A stretch of 42,784 bases of DNA from the sequence record HE614281.1; one strand, 5' to 3'. Under the pieces are notes generated by a model. That model ran no database searches, was not told the origin of the DNA, and saw nothing but the letters and a program-made list of their open reading frames with translations. A program made the position numbers and the translations under genes. The DNA is from Staphylococcus phage SpaA1. The stretch's first letter is position 1; each line of letters starts with the position of its first letter. Positions 1-9,612 of this stretch are shown piece by piece.

Positions 1-7
1 ATGAAGG

Positions 8-337
8 ATGGATAATCAAAACTACCAAATGAAAACTGAAATTGTTGAATTAAGAATACAAGTTACTGGATTACAACGAACGATTGAAGGATTAACAAGA
101 AAAGTAACTATGTTCGAAGAGGAATTAGCAACGAAAGCGGATATAACTCATGTTCAATTAATAAATAAACAATCTGAAATAATTAAGAAGAGTAACGATA
201 GTAAATCTATTCCTATGGATTGTAAAGTTGGAGTTTCATTAGATGGAAGAGTTGTAGCGGAATCTATTGTCGAACATACAGCTGATTCAATCAAATGTGG
301 CGTAATTAAAGGGAGTGAGATAAATGAAACTAGATAA
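8..337 (+). CDS. Hypothetical coiled-coil protein; N-terminal paralogue of 40623-40865 (both start MDNQ.Y with the identical upstream ATGAAGGATGG context)
   Basis: ORF with a conserved start context duplicated at 40612; heptad-like charged sequence. Confidence 0.45.
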   Translation: MDNQNYQMKTEIVELRIQVTGLQRTIEGLTRKVTMFEEELATKADITHVQLINKQSEIIKKSNDSKSIPMDCKVGVSLDGRVVAESIVEHTADSIKCGVIKGSEINETR

Positions 338-536
338 ACAAGAACAAGCTGTTGTAATTGGTACATTTATTTCAATGTTAGGACAGGACGTTGTAAATGA
401 ACGCATCGATAAAAAGAAATTAGAAAGTGTACTTCCTATCTTTAATGAAATGCAAGATAATACAACACCAAAGCAAAAGAGAGAAGCGATGATTAGTTTG
501 CTTGGTAAAACGTTGGATGAATTCTTAGAAAAGTAG
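324..536 (+). CDS. Hypothetical small protein
   Basis: 70-aa ORF overlapping the previous stop (ATGA-type coupling); hairpin downstream. Confidence 0.4.
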   Translation: MKLDKQEQAVVIGTFISMLGQDVVNERIDKKKLESVLPIFNEMQDNTTPKQKREAMISLLGKTLDEFLEK

Positions 537-686
537 CCATAAAAAAAGGAAAAGTAACTCGTATTGGGGACGAATTACTTTTCCAGATGACAATGTTAAC
601 TCTATTATAGCAACTTGGACATATTTATAAAAGAGTAATTTGAATCTTTCGTAAAATAAATTAGGGATTACCGCGAGGTGGTGGTT

Positions 687-1601
687 ATGGCTAGACAACG
701 TAGCCCAGATAGAGATAAAGCATTCGAAATATATAAAGCAAGTAAAGGTGAGAAGCCATTAGTTGATATTGCAGCAGAGTTAAATCTCAAACCTTCGCAA
801 ATCAGAAAGTGGAAATCACAAGATAAATGGGATGAGCAAATGAATGGTAACGTTACTATTGCAAAAAGGAGCGTTACCAATGTTAAAAATCCCAAAACGA
901 AAGAAAAATTAAAAGAGATTTTAGAGGATGAAGAGCTGACCGAAAAGGAACGGCTCTTTTGTTTGTATTATGTGAAATACTTCAATGGTACACAAGCTGC
1001 GTTAAAGGCTGGTTACTCCAAAGATGGTGCTCATGTACAAGCTAGCCGATTATTAAGACGTGAACGCGTTGCCTCTTATATAAAAGAACTTAAAGGTGAG
1101 TTAGTCGAGAATGTATTTGTAGAAGCGATGGATGTACTAAAAGAGTACATTAAGATTGCTTTTGCTGACATTACTAACTATGTGACCTTTGGGCAGAAGG
1201 AAGTTCCTGTAATGGGGATGTTCGGCCCTATGAAGGATGAAGCGGGTAATGAAATAACTCGTATTATCAATTATGTAGACTTGCATGAGGCTGATATGGT
1301 TGATGGTTCTATAATAACCGAAGTAAAGCTTGGAAAAGATGGTGTGTCAGTAAAACTTGCTGACAAGATGAAAGCACTGGACAAACTATCACAGTACTTT
1401 GATTTGGTACCTGACAATTTCAAACGGAAAATCGAAGAAGAACGCCACAAAATACAGATGGAAGTGCAAAAAGCTCAAATTGATAAAATTAAAGCAGATA
1501 CTTCTCGCATTAAAGGTGATGAAGGTGAAGAGTATGAAGATGATGGATTTATCGATGCATTAGAAGGTAAAACAGCAGAGGTGTGGGAAGATGAAACTTA
1601 A
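687..1601 (+). CDS. Terminase small subunit (N-terminal HTH DNA-binding domain)
   Basis: Lies immediately upstream of and overlapping the terminase large subunit. N-terminus KAFEIYKASKGEKPLVDIAAELNLKPSQIRKWK is HTH-like. ATG at 687 follows RBS GAGGTGGTGG; the ORF track begins at GTG 678. Confidence 0.65.
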   Translation: MARQRSPDRDKAFEIYKASKGEKPLVDIAAELNLKPSQIRKWKSQDKWDEQMNGNVTIAKRSVTNVKNPKTKEKLKEILEDEELTEKERLFCLYYVKYFNGTQAALKAGYSKDGAHVQASRLLRRERVASYIKELKGELVENVFVEAMDVLKEYIKIAFADITNYVTFGQKEVPVMGMFGPMKDEAGNEITRIINYVDLHEADMVDGSIITEVKLGKDGVSVKLADKMKALDKLSQYFDLVPDNFKRKIEEERHKIQMEVQKAQIDKIKADTSRIKGDEGEEYEDDGFIDALEGKTAEVWEDET

Positions 1602-2865
1602 ACCTGCTCCTTTTAAATTCAGACCATTCTCTAAGAAACAATTACAAGTACTTACTTGGTGGAGAAAAGATTCACCTGTGAAGGAGCATGACGGCATTAT
1701 ATGCGATGGTTCTATTCGTGCTGGCAAAACTGTATCGATGGCTCTTTCTTATGTTATGTGGGGAACAGAAACATTTAATGGAGAGAATTTAGGTATGGCA
1801 GGTAAAACAATTGGATCCCTGCGACGTAACGTAATTACTCCATTAAAGAAAATGTTGAAATCGCGTAAATATAAAGTGAAGGACCATCTATCAGATAATA
1901 TGCTTACTATTAGCAAAGATGGCCACACAAATCATTTCTATATATTCGGTGGTAAGGACGAATCATCACAAGAACTTATCCAAGGTATTACATTAGCTGG
2001 TATGTTTTTTGATGAAGTTGCTCTTATGCCACAGAGCTTTGTAAACCAGGCAACAGGACGATGTTCTATCGAAGGCTCAAAGTATTGGTTTAACTGTAAC
2101 CCTGCCGGTCCGTATCATTGGTTCAAACTCGAATGGATAGATAATAAGGAAGACAAGAACCTGCTACATATTCATTTTACAATGGACGATAATCTTTCTT
2201 TATCTGAAAAAGTGAAGCAAAGATACTATCGCATGTATAGCGGAGTTTTCTTCCAACGATTCATTTTAGGACTGTGGGTGCTTGCAGAAGGCATTGTATA
2301 TGACATGTTTAATAAAGAAAAACATGTTGTAAAAACAAAAGAAAGAGAATACGAGAAGTATTATGTATCTTGTGACTATGGTACACAAAACCCTATGACA
2401 TATGGATTATGGGGCTTATGTGATGGTATATGGTACAAAACAAAAGAATATCATTATGACGGTCGTAAGAACTCGCAACAAAAAACTGATGATGAGTATC
2501 TGGATGATCTAAAAGAATTTGTCGGAGAAATTTCTATTCGTGGGATTATAGTTGACCCTTCAGCGGCTTCATTTATCGCTTTATTAAAGAAGAATCGTTT
2601 CAAAGTTATTAAAGCTAAGAATGAAGTTATAGATGGTATACGTAATGTAGCGAGACTACTGAATGAAGAGAAAATAAAATACAACGACTGCTGTAAAGAA
2701 ACATTTCGTGAATACGCTTCTTATACTTGGGATGAAAAAGCTACAGCTCGTGGTGAAGATAAACCGAATAAAGAAAATGACCACCAGATGGATGGTGATC
2801 GTTATTTTGTAAATACAGTCGTGGTAACTAATAACAAAGCGAAAGCTGTTAAGTCAATCTATTAA
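1591..2865 (+). CDS. Terminase large subunit (PBSX/TIGR01547-like ATPase-nuclease)
   Basis: 424 aa; Walker A-like GSIRAGKT; C-terminal nuclease region with conserved acidic residues; position between terS and portal. Confidence 0.9.
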   Translation: MKLKPAPFKFRPFSKKQLQVLTWWRKDSPVKEHDGIICDGSIRAGKTVSMALSYVMWGTETFNGENLGMAGKTIGSLRRNVITPLKKMLKSRKYKVKDHLSDNMLTISKDGHTNHFYIFGGKDESSQELIQGITLAGMFFDEVALMPQSFVNQATGRCSIEGSKYWFNCNPAGPYHWFKLEWIDNKEDKNLLHIHFTMDDNLSLSEKVKQRYYRMYSGVFFQRFILGLWVLAEGIVYDMFNKEKHVVKTKEREYEKYYVSCDYGTQNPMTYGLWGLCDGIWYKTKEYHYDGRKNSQQKTDDEYLDDLKEFVGEISIRGIIVDPSAASFIALLKKNRFKVIKAKNEVIDGIRNVARLLNEEKIKYNDCCKETFREYASYTWDEKATARGEDKPNKENDHQMDGDRYFVNTVVVTNNKAKAVKSIY

Positions 2866-2877
2866 GGAGGTGAGACG

Positions 2878-4311
2878 ATGTTTGAACACTACATTCCGTT
2901 ACTGGATGAAGAAAATGGTGAACCCACACCTAAGCTACTCAAAAAGATTATTGATGAGTTTGAACCACTAAAACAACGCATGATAAATAGGTATGAGCGT
3001 TACAAAGCAAGTGAGAAAGGCGTACCTATATTCACACGTGAGTTTAAAGGTGATGGGAATAAGGACAAGGTTAACAACAAGCTAAACAATGATTTCTTTT
3101 CTGAAATTATTGATACAAAAATAGGATATATGTTCGGATTGCCTATTTCATACAGTCTAGATCATGAAGACGAGGAAGTATTGAAGCGTATCCAAGACTT
3201 TTTAAAATCGAATCATACCGAAGATGCTGACGCGGAAACAGGAAAGTTTGCTTCTATTTGCGGTTATGGAGCGAGACTGCTTTACCATGACAAAGAAGGA
3301 ATTGAAAAGGTTATGAATATCAAACCTTATGAAGCAATATTTCTTACTAATTCAAGCATTGCAGAGCCTAAATACGCTATCCGCTGCTATCCAATCAAAG
3401 TAATCGATGGTGATGATTTCAAAGACGGATACAAAGTGGAATTTTACAATGATACGCAAATCATTGAGTACACTGGTGAAGATTTAGATAAGTTGAAAGA
3501 AACAAATCGAATTACTAATTTATACAAAGGTGTACCACTTATCGGATTTCCTAACAATGAAGAATTGCAGGGGGATGTCGATAAAGCTATTTCTCTTATT
3601 GAGGGATATGATAGGGCTATCTCTGATGTAAATAGTGAGATTGAGCAGTTCCGTTTGGCTTATATGATTTTCAAAGGTGTGGATATAGATGATGATACCA
3701 TTGAGAAATTAAAACAAACTGGAGCTCTGGATGTAGGCGAGAATGGCGAGGCTAATTTTTTAACTAAGGACCTTAATGACAACATTTTAGAACATCATCT
3801 AGACAGGTTAGAAAAGAATATATGCCGATTCACGAAGCATGTGAACCTTTCTGATGAATCGTTTGGTGGTAACCTTACTGGTGTTGCTATTCGTTATAAG
3901 TTGCTATCGTTAGAAACAAAATCCGGTACATTAGAAATGAAATTCACTAAGTCATTGCGACAACAATTTAAGTTACTATTCGACGCTTGGAATTTACGCT
4001 CAAATAAAGAAGAATTAGATTACCTTTGCATGACGTTCCAATTTACACGTAACCTTCCAGCAAACTTATCTGATGAAGCTGATGTTCAGTCTAAATTACA
4101 GGGTTTAATAAGCGAAGAAACACGATTATCTATGTTATCTGTTATTCCTGATCCAAAGGCAGAATTACAAAAGATGAAGGAAGAAGAGGTTGATTCTATC
4201 GATTTAGACACTGTACATAAAGGCGGTGAAAACGATGGAATGGGACAAGAAGCAGAAACACCTCCAAAAGATAGAGGACGAGCTGGAAAAGGCGATTCTC
4301 TACCTGTATAA
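2878..4311 (+). CDS. Portal protein
   Basis: 477 aa directly after terL; size and composition typical of SPP1-type portal; disordered acidic C-terminus. Confidence 0.85.
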   Translation: MFEHYIPLLDEENGEPTPKLLKKIIDEFEPLKQRMINRYERYKASEKGVPIFTREFKGDGNKDKVNNKLNNDFFSEIIDTKIGYMFGLPISYSLDHEDEEVLKRIQDFLKSNHTEDADAETGKFASICGYGARLLYHDKEGIEKVMNIKPYEAIFLTNSSIAEPKYAIRCYPIKVIDGDDFKDGYKVEFYNDTQIIEYTGEDLDKLKETNRITNLYKGVPLIGFPNNEELQGDVDKAISLIEGYDRAISDVNSEIEQFRLAYMIFKGVDIDDDTIEKLKQTGALDVGENGEANFLTKDLNDNILEHHLDRLEKNICRFTKHVNLSDESFGGNLTGVAIRYKLLSLETKSGTLEMKFTKSLRQQFKLLFDAWNLRSNKEELDYLCMTFQFTRNLPANLSDEADVQSKLQGLISEETRLSMLSVIPDPKAELQKMKEEEVDSIDLDTVHKGGENDGMGQEAETPPKDRGRAGKGDSLPV

Positions 4312-5152
4312 AGATGCTTTGGAAGAAGTCAGAGGAATACTGGCTTTTTATTATGCTAAATATGCGATAAATGAGCAGTTAAGTATGCAGGAAATGCGTC
4401 GATTTAATCGATACAAGAACCTGCAAAGTGAACTACAGCAAGTTATTAATGAAATAACTTATGAGAAAAAGAAAACTCTCAATGAAACACTCTCCACTCA
4501 ATATGGGGAGTCTTTTTATTATACGAGTTATCTTATCGAAAAAGAGGTTGGTGTATCCCTTTCATATGGGCTGATTGACCCGAACGTCATTAAGCGAGCG
4601 GTACAAATGCCTATCGATAAAATGACACTCAATCAAAGGTTAAGTACTCATCGAGCACAGATAATTAGCCGAATACGTAAAGAACTATCCATCGGCCTTA
4701 GAAAAGGTGAAGGGTATGCGGTAATGGCTAATCGTATTAAGCCTATTCTTGATGGGGATGCGAAGAAAGCACAAATGGTTGCATGGACAGAAAGTGCTAG
4801 AGTACAAAACTTAGGTACTTATGACAGTGCCTCGCAAGCTTTTGACGAAGGTGTATCAATGGAGAAGATTTGGATTTCTACATTAGATAAACGTACACGT
4901 CCTACTCACCAAGCAGCAGACCATCAAAAAGTACCGTTTAAAGGATTATTTAAAGTTGGTGGTTATAGTTGTGAATATCCACACGATAGTAATTTACCTG
5001 CTAAAGAGGTTGTACGCTGCCGCTGTACTTTCATTACGGAAGTAGCGGATGTTAGTCCATTTATTGAGAGAAGGGCTAGAAACCCGACAACAGGTAGGAA
5101 TGAAGTTATTACAGCAGTTAGTTATGAAGAATGGAAGGACGGTCTAGAATAA
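4235..5152 (+). CDS. Head morphogenesis / minor capsid protein (SPP1 gp7 / Mu F-like)
   Basis: Follows the portal; about 300 aa; ATG at 4235 after RBS AAAGGCGGTG (the track starts at GTG 4226). Confidence 0.7.
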   Translation: MEWDKKQKHLQKIEDELEKAILYLYKDALEEVRGILAFYYAKYAINEQLSMQEMRRFNRYKNLQSELQQVINEITYEKKKTLNETLSTQYGESFYYTSYLIEKEVGVSLSYGLIDPNVIKRAVQMPIDKMTLNQRLSTHRAQIISRIRKELSIGLRKGEGYAVMANRIKPILDGDAKKAQMVAWTESARVQNLGTYDSASQAFDEGVSMEKIWISTLDKRTRPTHQAADHQKVPFKGLFKVGGYSCEYPHDSNLPAKEVVRCRCTFITEVADVSPFIERRARNPTTGRNEVITAVSYEEWKDGLE

Positions 5153-5424
5153 TGAATTTTGGAAAAGCACTCGAATTAATGAAAAGTGGCAATAAGTTGT
5201 CACGTAAAGGTTGGAACGGTAAGAATATGTTTGCTGTTTATCAAAAAGGATATCCTGATGGAATTCCTTGTAATAAACAAACGGCAGAAGCTTGGGGATT
5301 AAATGAAGGTGATTTATTTAAGGTACGACCTTACTTGCAATTACGTTGTGCTGATGGCACTCATGCGATGTGGGTTCCAAGTGTATCTGATATTTTAGCT
5401 GAAGATTGGATGATTGTTGAATAA
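5152..5424 (+). CDS. DUF2829-family small protein (paralogue 1 of 4), a moron inside the head module
   Basis: N-terminus MNFGKALELMKSGNKLSRKGWNGKNMF and C-terminus ILAEDWMIVE are shared with ORFs 35076, 41263 and 41505. Its start overlaps the upstream stop (TAATG). Confidence 0.6.
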   Translation: MNFGKALELMKSGNKLSRKGWNGKNMFAVYQKGYPDGIPCNKQTAEAWGLNEGDLFKVRPYLQLRCADGTHAMWVPSVSDILAEDWMIVE

Positions 5425-5500
5425 TACAAATAAAAACACTTGAGGGCTTATAGATTATGAACTTAATAGGGCGTATTCATAGGAACTCAAAGGAGGAAAA

Positions 5501-6184
5501 ATGATGAATATTTTACAAAAACATAAGCAGTTACAGTTTTTTAAAGAAAAGGAAGTAACGAAATTACCATTACGTTTATCAAATCTGCAATTCTTTTCTG
5601 ATCCAACACCACCTGCAGATGATACGCCACCAGATGACCAAACACCACCTGTTGATGACACAAAAGAACCACAGTTAGATGAAGCGACAAAAGCGTTTAT
5701 CGAGAAAATGGTTCAATCAGCAGAAGACAAAGTGCGTACCAAGTATACGAAAGAATTGAACGCTACTAAAAAAGAGTTAGAAAGCTTCCGTACTGCTTCT
5801 ATGACCGCTCAAGAAAAAGCGGAATACGAAATGAAACAACTCCAAGAGCAAAATGATGAACGAGAAAAGGTATTACACCAAAAAGAAATGCAGTGGGCTG
5901 CAACTGAGGCGTTATCAGAAGTAGGATTAGACCTCAAATTTGTGGACTTTGTTATCGGTGCTGATGCAGATGACACAAAAAGTCGTGTGGCGAAGCTTAA
6001 TGAGTTATTCAATACTTCATTAGAAGCTAAAGTAGCAGAGAAGTTTAAAGCAGCAGGGCGCGAAGTCTATGCCGGTTCTGGTAGTGGCGCTGTGTTTACT
6101 CGTCAACAAGTAGCAACAATGAACCAGTCTGAAATTAACGAAAACTGGGATCAAATCCAAAAAGATATGAAAACATGGAAATAA
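5501..6184 (+). CDS. Capsid scaffolding protein
   Basis: Precedes the major capsid gene; proline/acidic-rich N-terminal region followed by long coiled coil; strong RBS AAAGGAGGAAAA. Confidence 0.7.
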   Translation: MMNILQKHKQLQFFKEKEVTKLPLRLSNLQFFSDPTPPADDTPPDDQTPPVDDTKEPQLDEATKAFIEKMVQSAEDKVRTKYTKELNATKKELESFRTASMTAQEKAEYEMKQLQEQNDEREKVLHQKEMQWAATEALSEVGLDLKFVDFVIGADADDTKSRVAKLNELFNTSLEAKVAEKFKAAGREVYAGSGSGAVFTRQQVATMNQSEINENWDQIQKDMKTWK

Positions 6185-6201
6185 TGAGGAGGAATTAATA
6201 T

Positions 6202-7044
6202 ATGTCAGTAGCAACTTTTATTCCAACAATTTGGGAAGCGCGTTTAATGGCGAACTTCCACAAGCGTTCTATCGCTGATTTAATCACAACAAAACCAACA
6301 AAAATCGAAGGTAACAAAATTATCTTCAACCGCGTCGGGGCAGTAAATGTAAAAGATTATGAAGGAAAAGTAGAATGGGATGACACGAATCCTTCTAAAG
6401 TAGAACTTAATATGGATCAGAAAAAGTACTTTGCGTTCAAAGTAGATGATGTAGATGCAGTACAAGCAGCAGGTAATTTAATCGATCCGCATACACAAGA
6501 AGCTGGCGCGGTACTTCAGGAAACAGTTGATACCTTTATTTTAGGTAAGTATGCAGAAGCTCTTAAGGAACACTTAATCGGTAGCGATAAATCTCCAATT
6601 GAATTAACACCAAAAAACGCTTACGACTATATCGTTGACTTAAATACAATTTTAAACATTAAAAAAGTACCTAAAACTGAACGCTTCACAATTATTAACT
6701 CTCAAGTTCTTGGATTGTTATCTAAGGATGACCGTTTTACTAAACAACCTGTCGTGTTAGAAAATGGTATTGTTGAAGGTCAAATTATCAACGGTTCACA
6801 AATCGTTGTGTCTGAAGAAGTTCATGGATCTGGTGGTAAATATAAAATTCTTGGACTTCATAAATCCGCTATTGGGTATGGTAAACAATTAGATGAAACA
6901 GAAGCAATGCGTCTACAAGGTGCATTTGCTGATGGTATTCGTGGCCTTATGGTTTATGGTGGAGATATTCTTCGTCAAGAATCACTAGCAGTGCTTACGG
7001 CTACAATCGTACCAACTACACCAACTGCACCACCAGCAGGATGA
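6202..7044 (+). CDS. Major capsid protein
   Basis: 280 aa immediately after the scaffold gene; strong RBS GAGGAGG; N-terminus ATFIPTIWEARL is typical of a capsid family. Confidence 0.7.
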   Translation: MSVATFIPTIWEARLMANFHKRSIADLITTKPTKIEGNKIIFNRVGAVNVKDYEGKVEWDDTNPSKVELNMDQKKYFAFKVDDVDAVQAAGNLIDPHTQEAGAVLQETVDTFILGKYAEALKEHLIGSDKSPIELTPKNAYDYIVDLNTILNIKKVPKTERFTIINSQVLGLLSKDDRFTKQPVVLENGIVEGQIINGSQIVVSEEVHGSGGKYKILGLHKSAIGYGKQLDETEAMRLQGAFADGIRGLMVYGGDILRQESLAVLTATIVPTTPTAPPAG

Positions 7045-7094
7045 GGGGCTTAATAAGCCTTTCATCTTTTTCATTTACACAAGTAGGTGATTAG

Positions 7095-7403
7095 ATGGAT
7101 ATGAAAATAGAAATTTTAAAGCGTGTACAAATAAAGCTGCCTAATGAAAAACCTGAAAATCTATTAGTGGATATTGAAGATACAATGCTTGTGGTTGCTG
7201 AGTATACGAATAGAAAAATACCTGAGTTTCCTCCTGCTTATCCTGGTATTATTTCCAAAATGGTGATTCATCAGTATAAGGAACAGGAGAGAGAAGGGAA
7301 GAAAAGTGAATCATTAGGTAACTACTCTGTTACTTATGATGATATTGGAGATTATCCTGCTAGTATTACGAAAGGGCTGAAAGTGAGGCTACGTGTCTTA
7401 TGA
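7095..7403 (+). CDS. Head-tail connector / adaptor protein (gp6-like)
   Basis: Small ORF in the connector position after the capsid gene; overlapping stop/start with the next gene. Confidence 0.55.
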   Translation: MDMKIEILKRVQIKLPNEKPENLLVDIEDTMLVVAEYTNRKIPEFPPAYPGIISKMVIHQYKEQEREGKKSESLGNYSVTYDDIGDYPASITKGLKVRLRVL

Positions 7404-7744
7404 TTCAATCGATGATTCGTAAGTTTGGTAAAGATGCTTCAGTACTTCGTAATGATGGTTCTGATGATGGACCATATCCTACAGAAGAATGGAGAGTAAT
7501 AAACACTGTAAAAGGTGTACTAGATGCCATTCAAGGGACAAAGGATGCACGTAATAAGAAAGTAGAAGAGGAAAGTACACATTTCTTTTACTGTTTTCCA
7601 TTTGACGTAACTATTCAAGATAGATTAGTTATTGATAATAAAGTATACAGCGTTACTTATCCCGGTGATCCAATGAATGCAGGTAGATTTTTTCAAATAG
7701 AATTGGAGATGTTGCCATATGAGCATGAAATTCCAATCAAATAG
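7400..7744 (+). CDS. Head closure / head-tail joining protein
   Basis: 114-aa ORF in conserved synteny; ATGA overlap with the upstream gene. Confidence 0.5.
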   Translation: MIQSMIRKFGKDASVLRNDGSDDGPYPTEEWRVINTVKGVLDAIQGTKDARNKKVEEESTHFFYCFPFDVTIQDRLVIDNKVYSVTYPGDPMNAGRFFQIELEMLPYEHEIPIK

Positions 7745-8126
7745 AGCTGCTGTTATGGCAAGGCATTTAGCTGCAAAGAAAGCGGCTCATACTGCTGTTG
7801 GTCAATTTGTTAGTTCTAAAGCCAAACTATTAGCTGCTGTAGATACTGGAAATTTAAGAAGCAGTATTAGTTCTAAAGCGGAACTAGAAAAGGTTGTTAT
7901 TGGTACATCCGCTGACTATGGCATATACGTCGAGAAGGGCACAGGAGTCTATGCGGTTGATGGTGACGGGAGGAAAACTCCATGGATGTACCGTGACCCA
8001 AAAACGGGGAAAATGGTTAAAACGCAAGGGCAACATGCTCAACCATTCCTTAGACCTGCAGCGGAGAATAATAAACCGATGATTACGCAAGCTGCAACAC
8101 GAACCTATTCGTCATTAATGAGGTAG
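7719..8126 (+). CDS. HK97 gp10-like tail component / neck protein
   Basis: 135 aa; N-terminal MSMKFQSNRAAVMARHLAAKKAAH resembles the HK97 gp10 family; synteny. Confidence 0.6.
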   Translation: MSMKFQSNRAAVMARHLAAKKAAHTAVGQFVSSKAKLLAAVDTGNLRSSISSKAELEKVVIGTSADYGIYVEKGTGVYAVDGDGRKTPWMYRDPKTGKMVKTQGQHAQPFLRPAAENNKPMITQAATRTYSSLMR

Positions 8127-8131
8127 ATACC

Positions 8132-8494
8132 ATGAATGACTTTATAAATACATTACACAGTGAATTGAAAAAGATTCATAAAGACACGTACTATGAAATC
8201 GCGAAAACAACGGCTGAAATGCCTTATCTGGTGTATACAGTTAACGATGATAAAGAACCATGGGGACGGAAGAATATCATGCTTACAATTGATATTTACG
8301 GTACTTCTGCTCATCTTAGTAAAATAGATGAACTGATTATGAAACTAGAAAACAATCTTCATAGAAAAAGATTAAGCAGCGCTGAATTTGGTGCTGCTAT
8401 TTCTTATCTTTCAAGTCAGAAAGTACCTGATCCAGACCCGAATATTAGACGCAAAGAAGTGCGATTCATTTTACGAACTTATTTTAAACAATAG
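8132..8494 (+). CDS. Tail completion / tail terminator protein
   Basis: 120-aa ORF immediately before the major tail protein. Confidence 0.5.
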   Translation: MNDFINTLHSELKKIHKDTYYEIAKTTAEMPYLVYTVNDDKEPWGRKNIMLTIDIYGTSAHLSKIDELIMKLENNLHRKRLSSAEFGAAISYLSSQKVPDPDPNIRRKEVRFILRTYFKQ

Positions 8495-8508
8495 AAAGGG
8501 TTGATTAT

Positions 8509-9102
8509 ATGGCAGCTCCACAACCAAAACCAGAGAATGTCCTATTCGGAGATTGGGGTGCATTTTTCTTTAATTATGGAGAAAAAGACGAACTTCCTGT
8601 AGGCGCTACACAAGGCGGTGGCTCATTTAAATACGAACCAGAGTTTAAAGAGATTGAATATGATGGTTCTCCAGGTGACACTATGGGGATGAAACGTATT
8701 ACAAAATCAAAAACTCAAATTAGTTTTAAGACACTTGAATTTTTGGATAAAGAAAAAATCAAAAATTTTATTGCGGGTTTAAAAGTATCAGAAGAGACTG
8801 TTACAAAAGACGGGAAAACAATTAAGTACGACGTGATTGAAGCTACAGAACGTCTAACAAAAGATAGCTATCTTAAAAACGTAGCATGGGTTGGCGAAAC
8901 TTTAGGTGGAGATATCGTTGAAATTATCGTATATAACGCATTATCTGACGGTTCATTAGAGCTAGGATTTGAAAACGAAAGTGAAGTTGTTCCAGAAGTG
9001 ACATTCACAGGACATCGTGATCCAGAAAACATTCGAAAAGTACCATGGAAAAAACGTATTTTAACAGCAACAGAAGCAGCTGAATTAATACCAGCAGGTT
9101 AA
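8509..9102 (+). CDS. Major tail protein
   Basis: 197 aa; precedes the chaperone pair and tape measure gene; strong RBS. Confidence 0.7.
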   Translation: MAAPQPKPENVLFGDWGAFFFNYGEKDELPVGATQGGGSFKYEPEFKEIEYDGSPGDTMGMKRITKSKTQISFKTLEFLDKEKIKNFIAGLKVSEETVTKDGKTIKYDVIEATERLTKDSYLKNVAWVGETLGGDIVEIIVYNALSDGSLELGFENESEVVPEVTFTGHRDPENIRKVPWKKRILTATEAAELIPAG

Positions 9103-9148
9103 AGAGTAGGGAAAATCCCTGCTCTTTTTATTTTAAGGAGGAATAAAT

Positions 9149-9577
9149 GTGACTATTGCAATTCAAGAAAAAGAATACAAAGTGAGACAAATTCATGGCG
9201 GAGATTTATTTTCTGTAGTTCGTATTTTGAAGAAATCGAAATTTAAGGTTGATATTAACTTACTTAAAGATTTAATGACGGGCGTACGAAATAAAGAAGG
9301 CGCAACACAAGCTGATGTATTAGCTGCACAAGAGACTTTTGGGTACGACATTATCATGAAGTTTATTTTCGGATTAGAAGAAGCGGAACAAGAATTCTTT
9401 GAATTTGTAGCTGGACTTTTAGTTCATGAAGATGAAAATGATAAAAAAACATCTCCAGATTGGGAAACAATACGAACTTTAAATTTAGAAGAGTTAGTTA
9501 AGTTGTTTACTGCAATTAAAGATTCAGAAGTTGGATTGGTTAAGCTTTTTTCCAATGCGGTGAACTTGATGAAATAG
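9149..9577 (+). CDS. Tail assembly chaperone (gpG-like)
   Basis: 142-aa acidic protein between the major tail and tape measure genes; RBS AAGGAGGAATAAATG. Confidence 0.6.
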   Translation: MTIAIQEKEYKVRQIHGGDLFSVVRILKKSKFKVDINLLKDLMTGVRNKEGATQADVLAAQETFGYDIIMKFIFGLEEAEQEFFEFVAGLLVHEDENDKKTSPDWETIRTLNLEELVKLFTAIKDSEVGLVKLFSNAVNLMK

Positions 9578-9612
9578 ACTTCATCGATACGTTAGCTTCT
9601 CGCTATCCAAAT

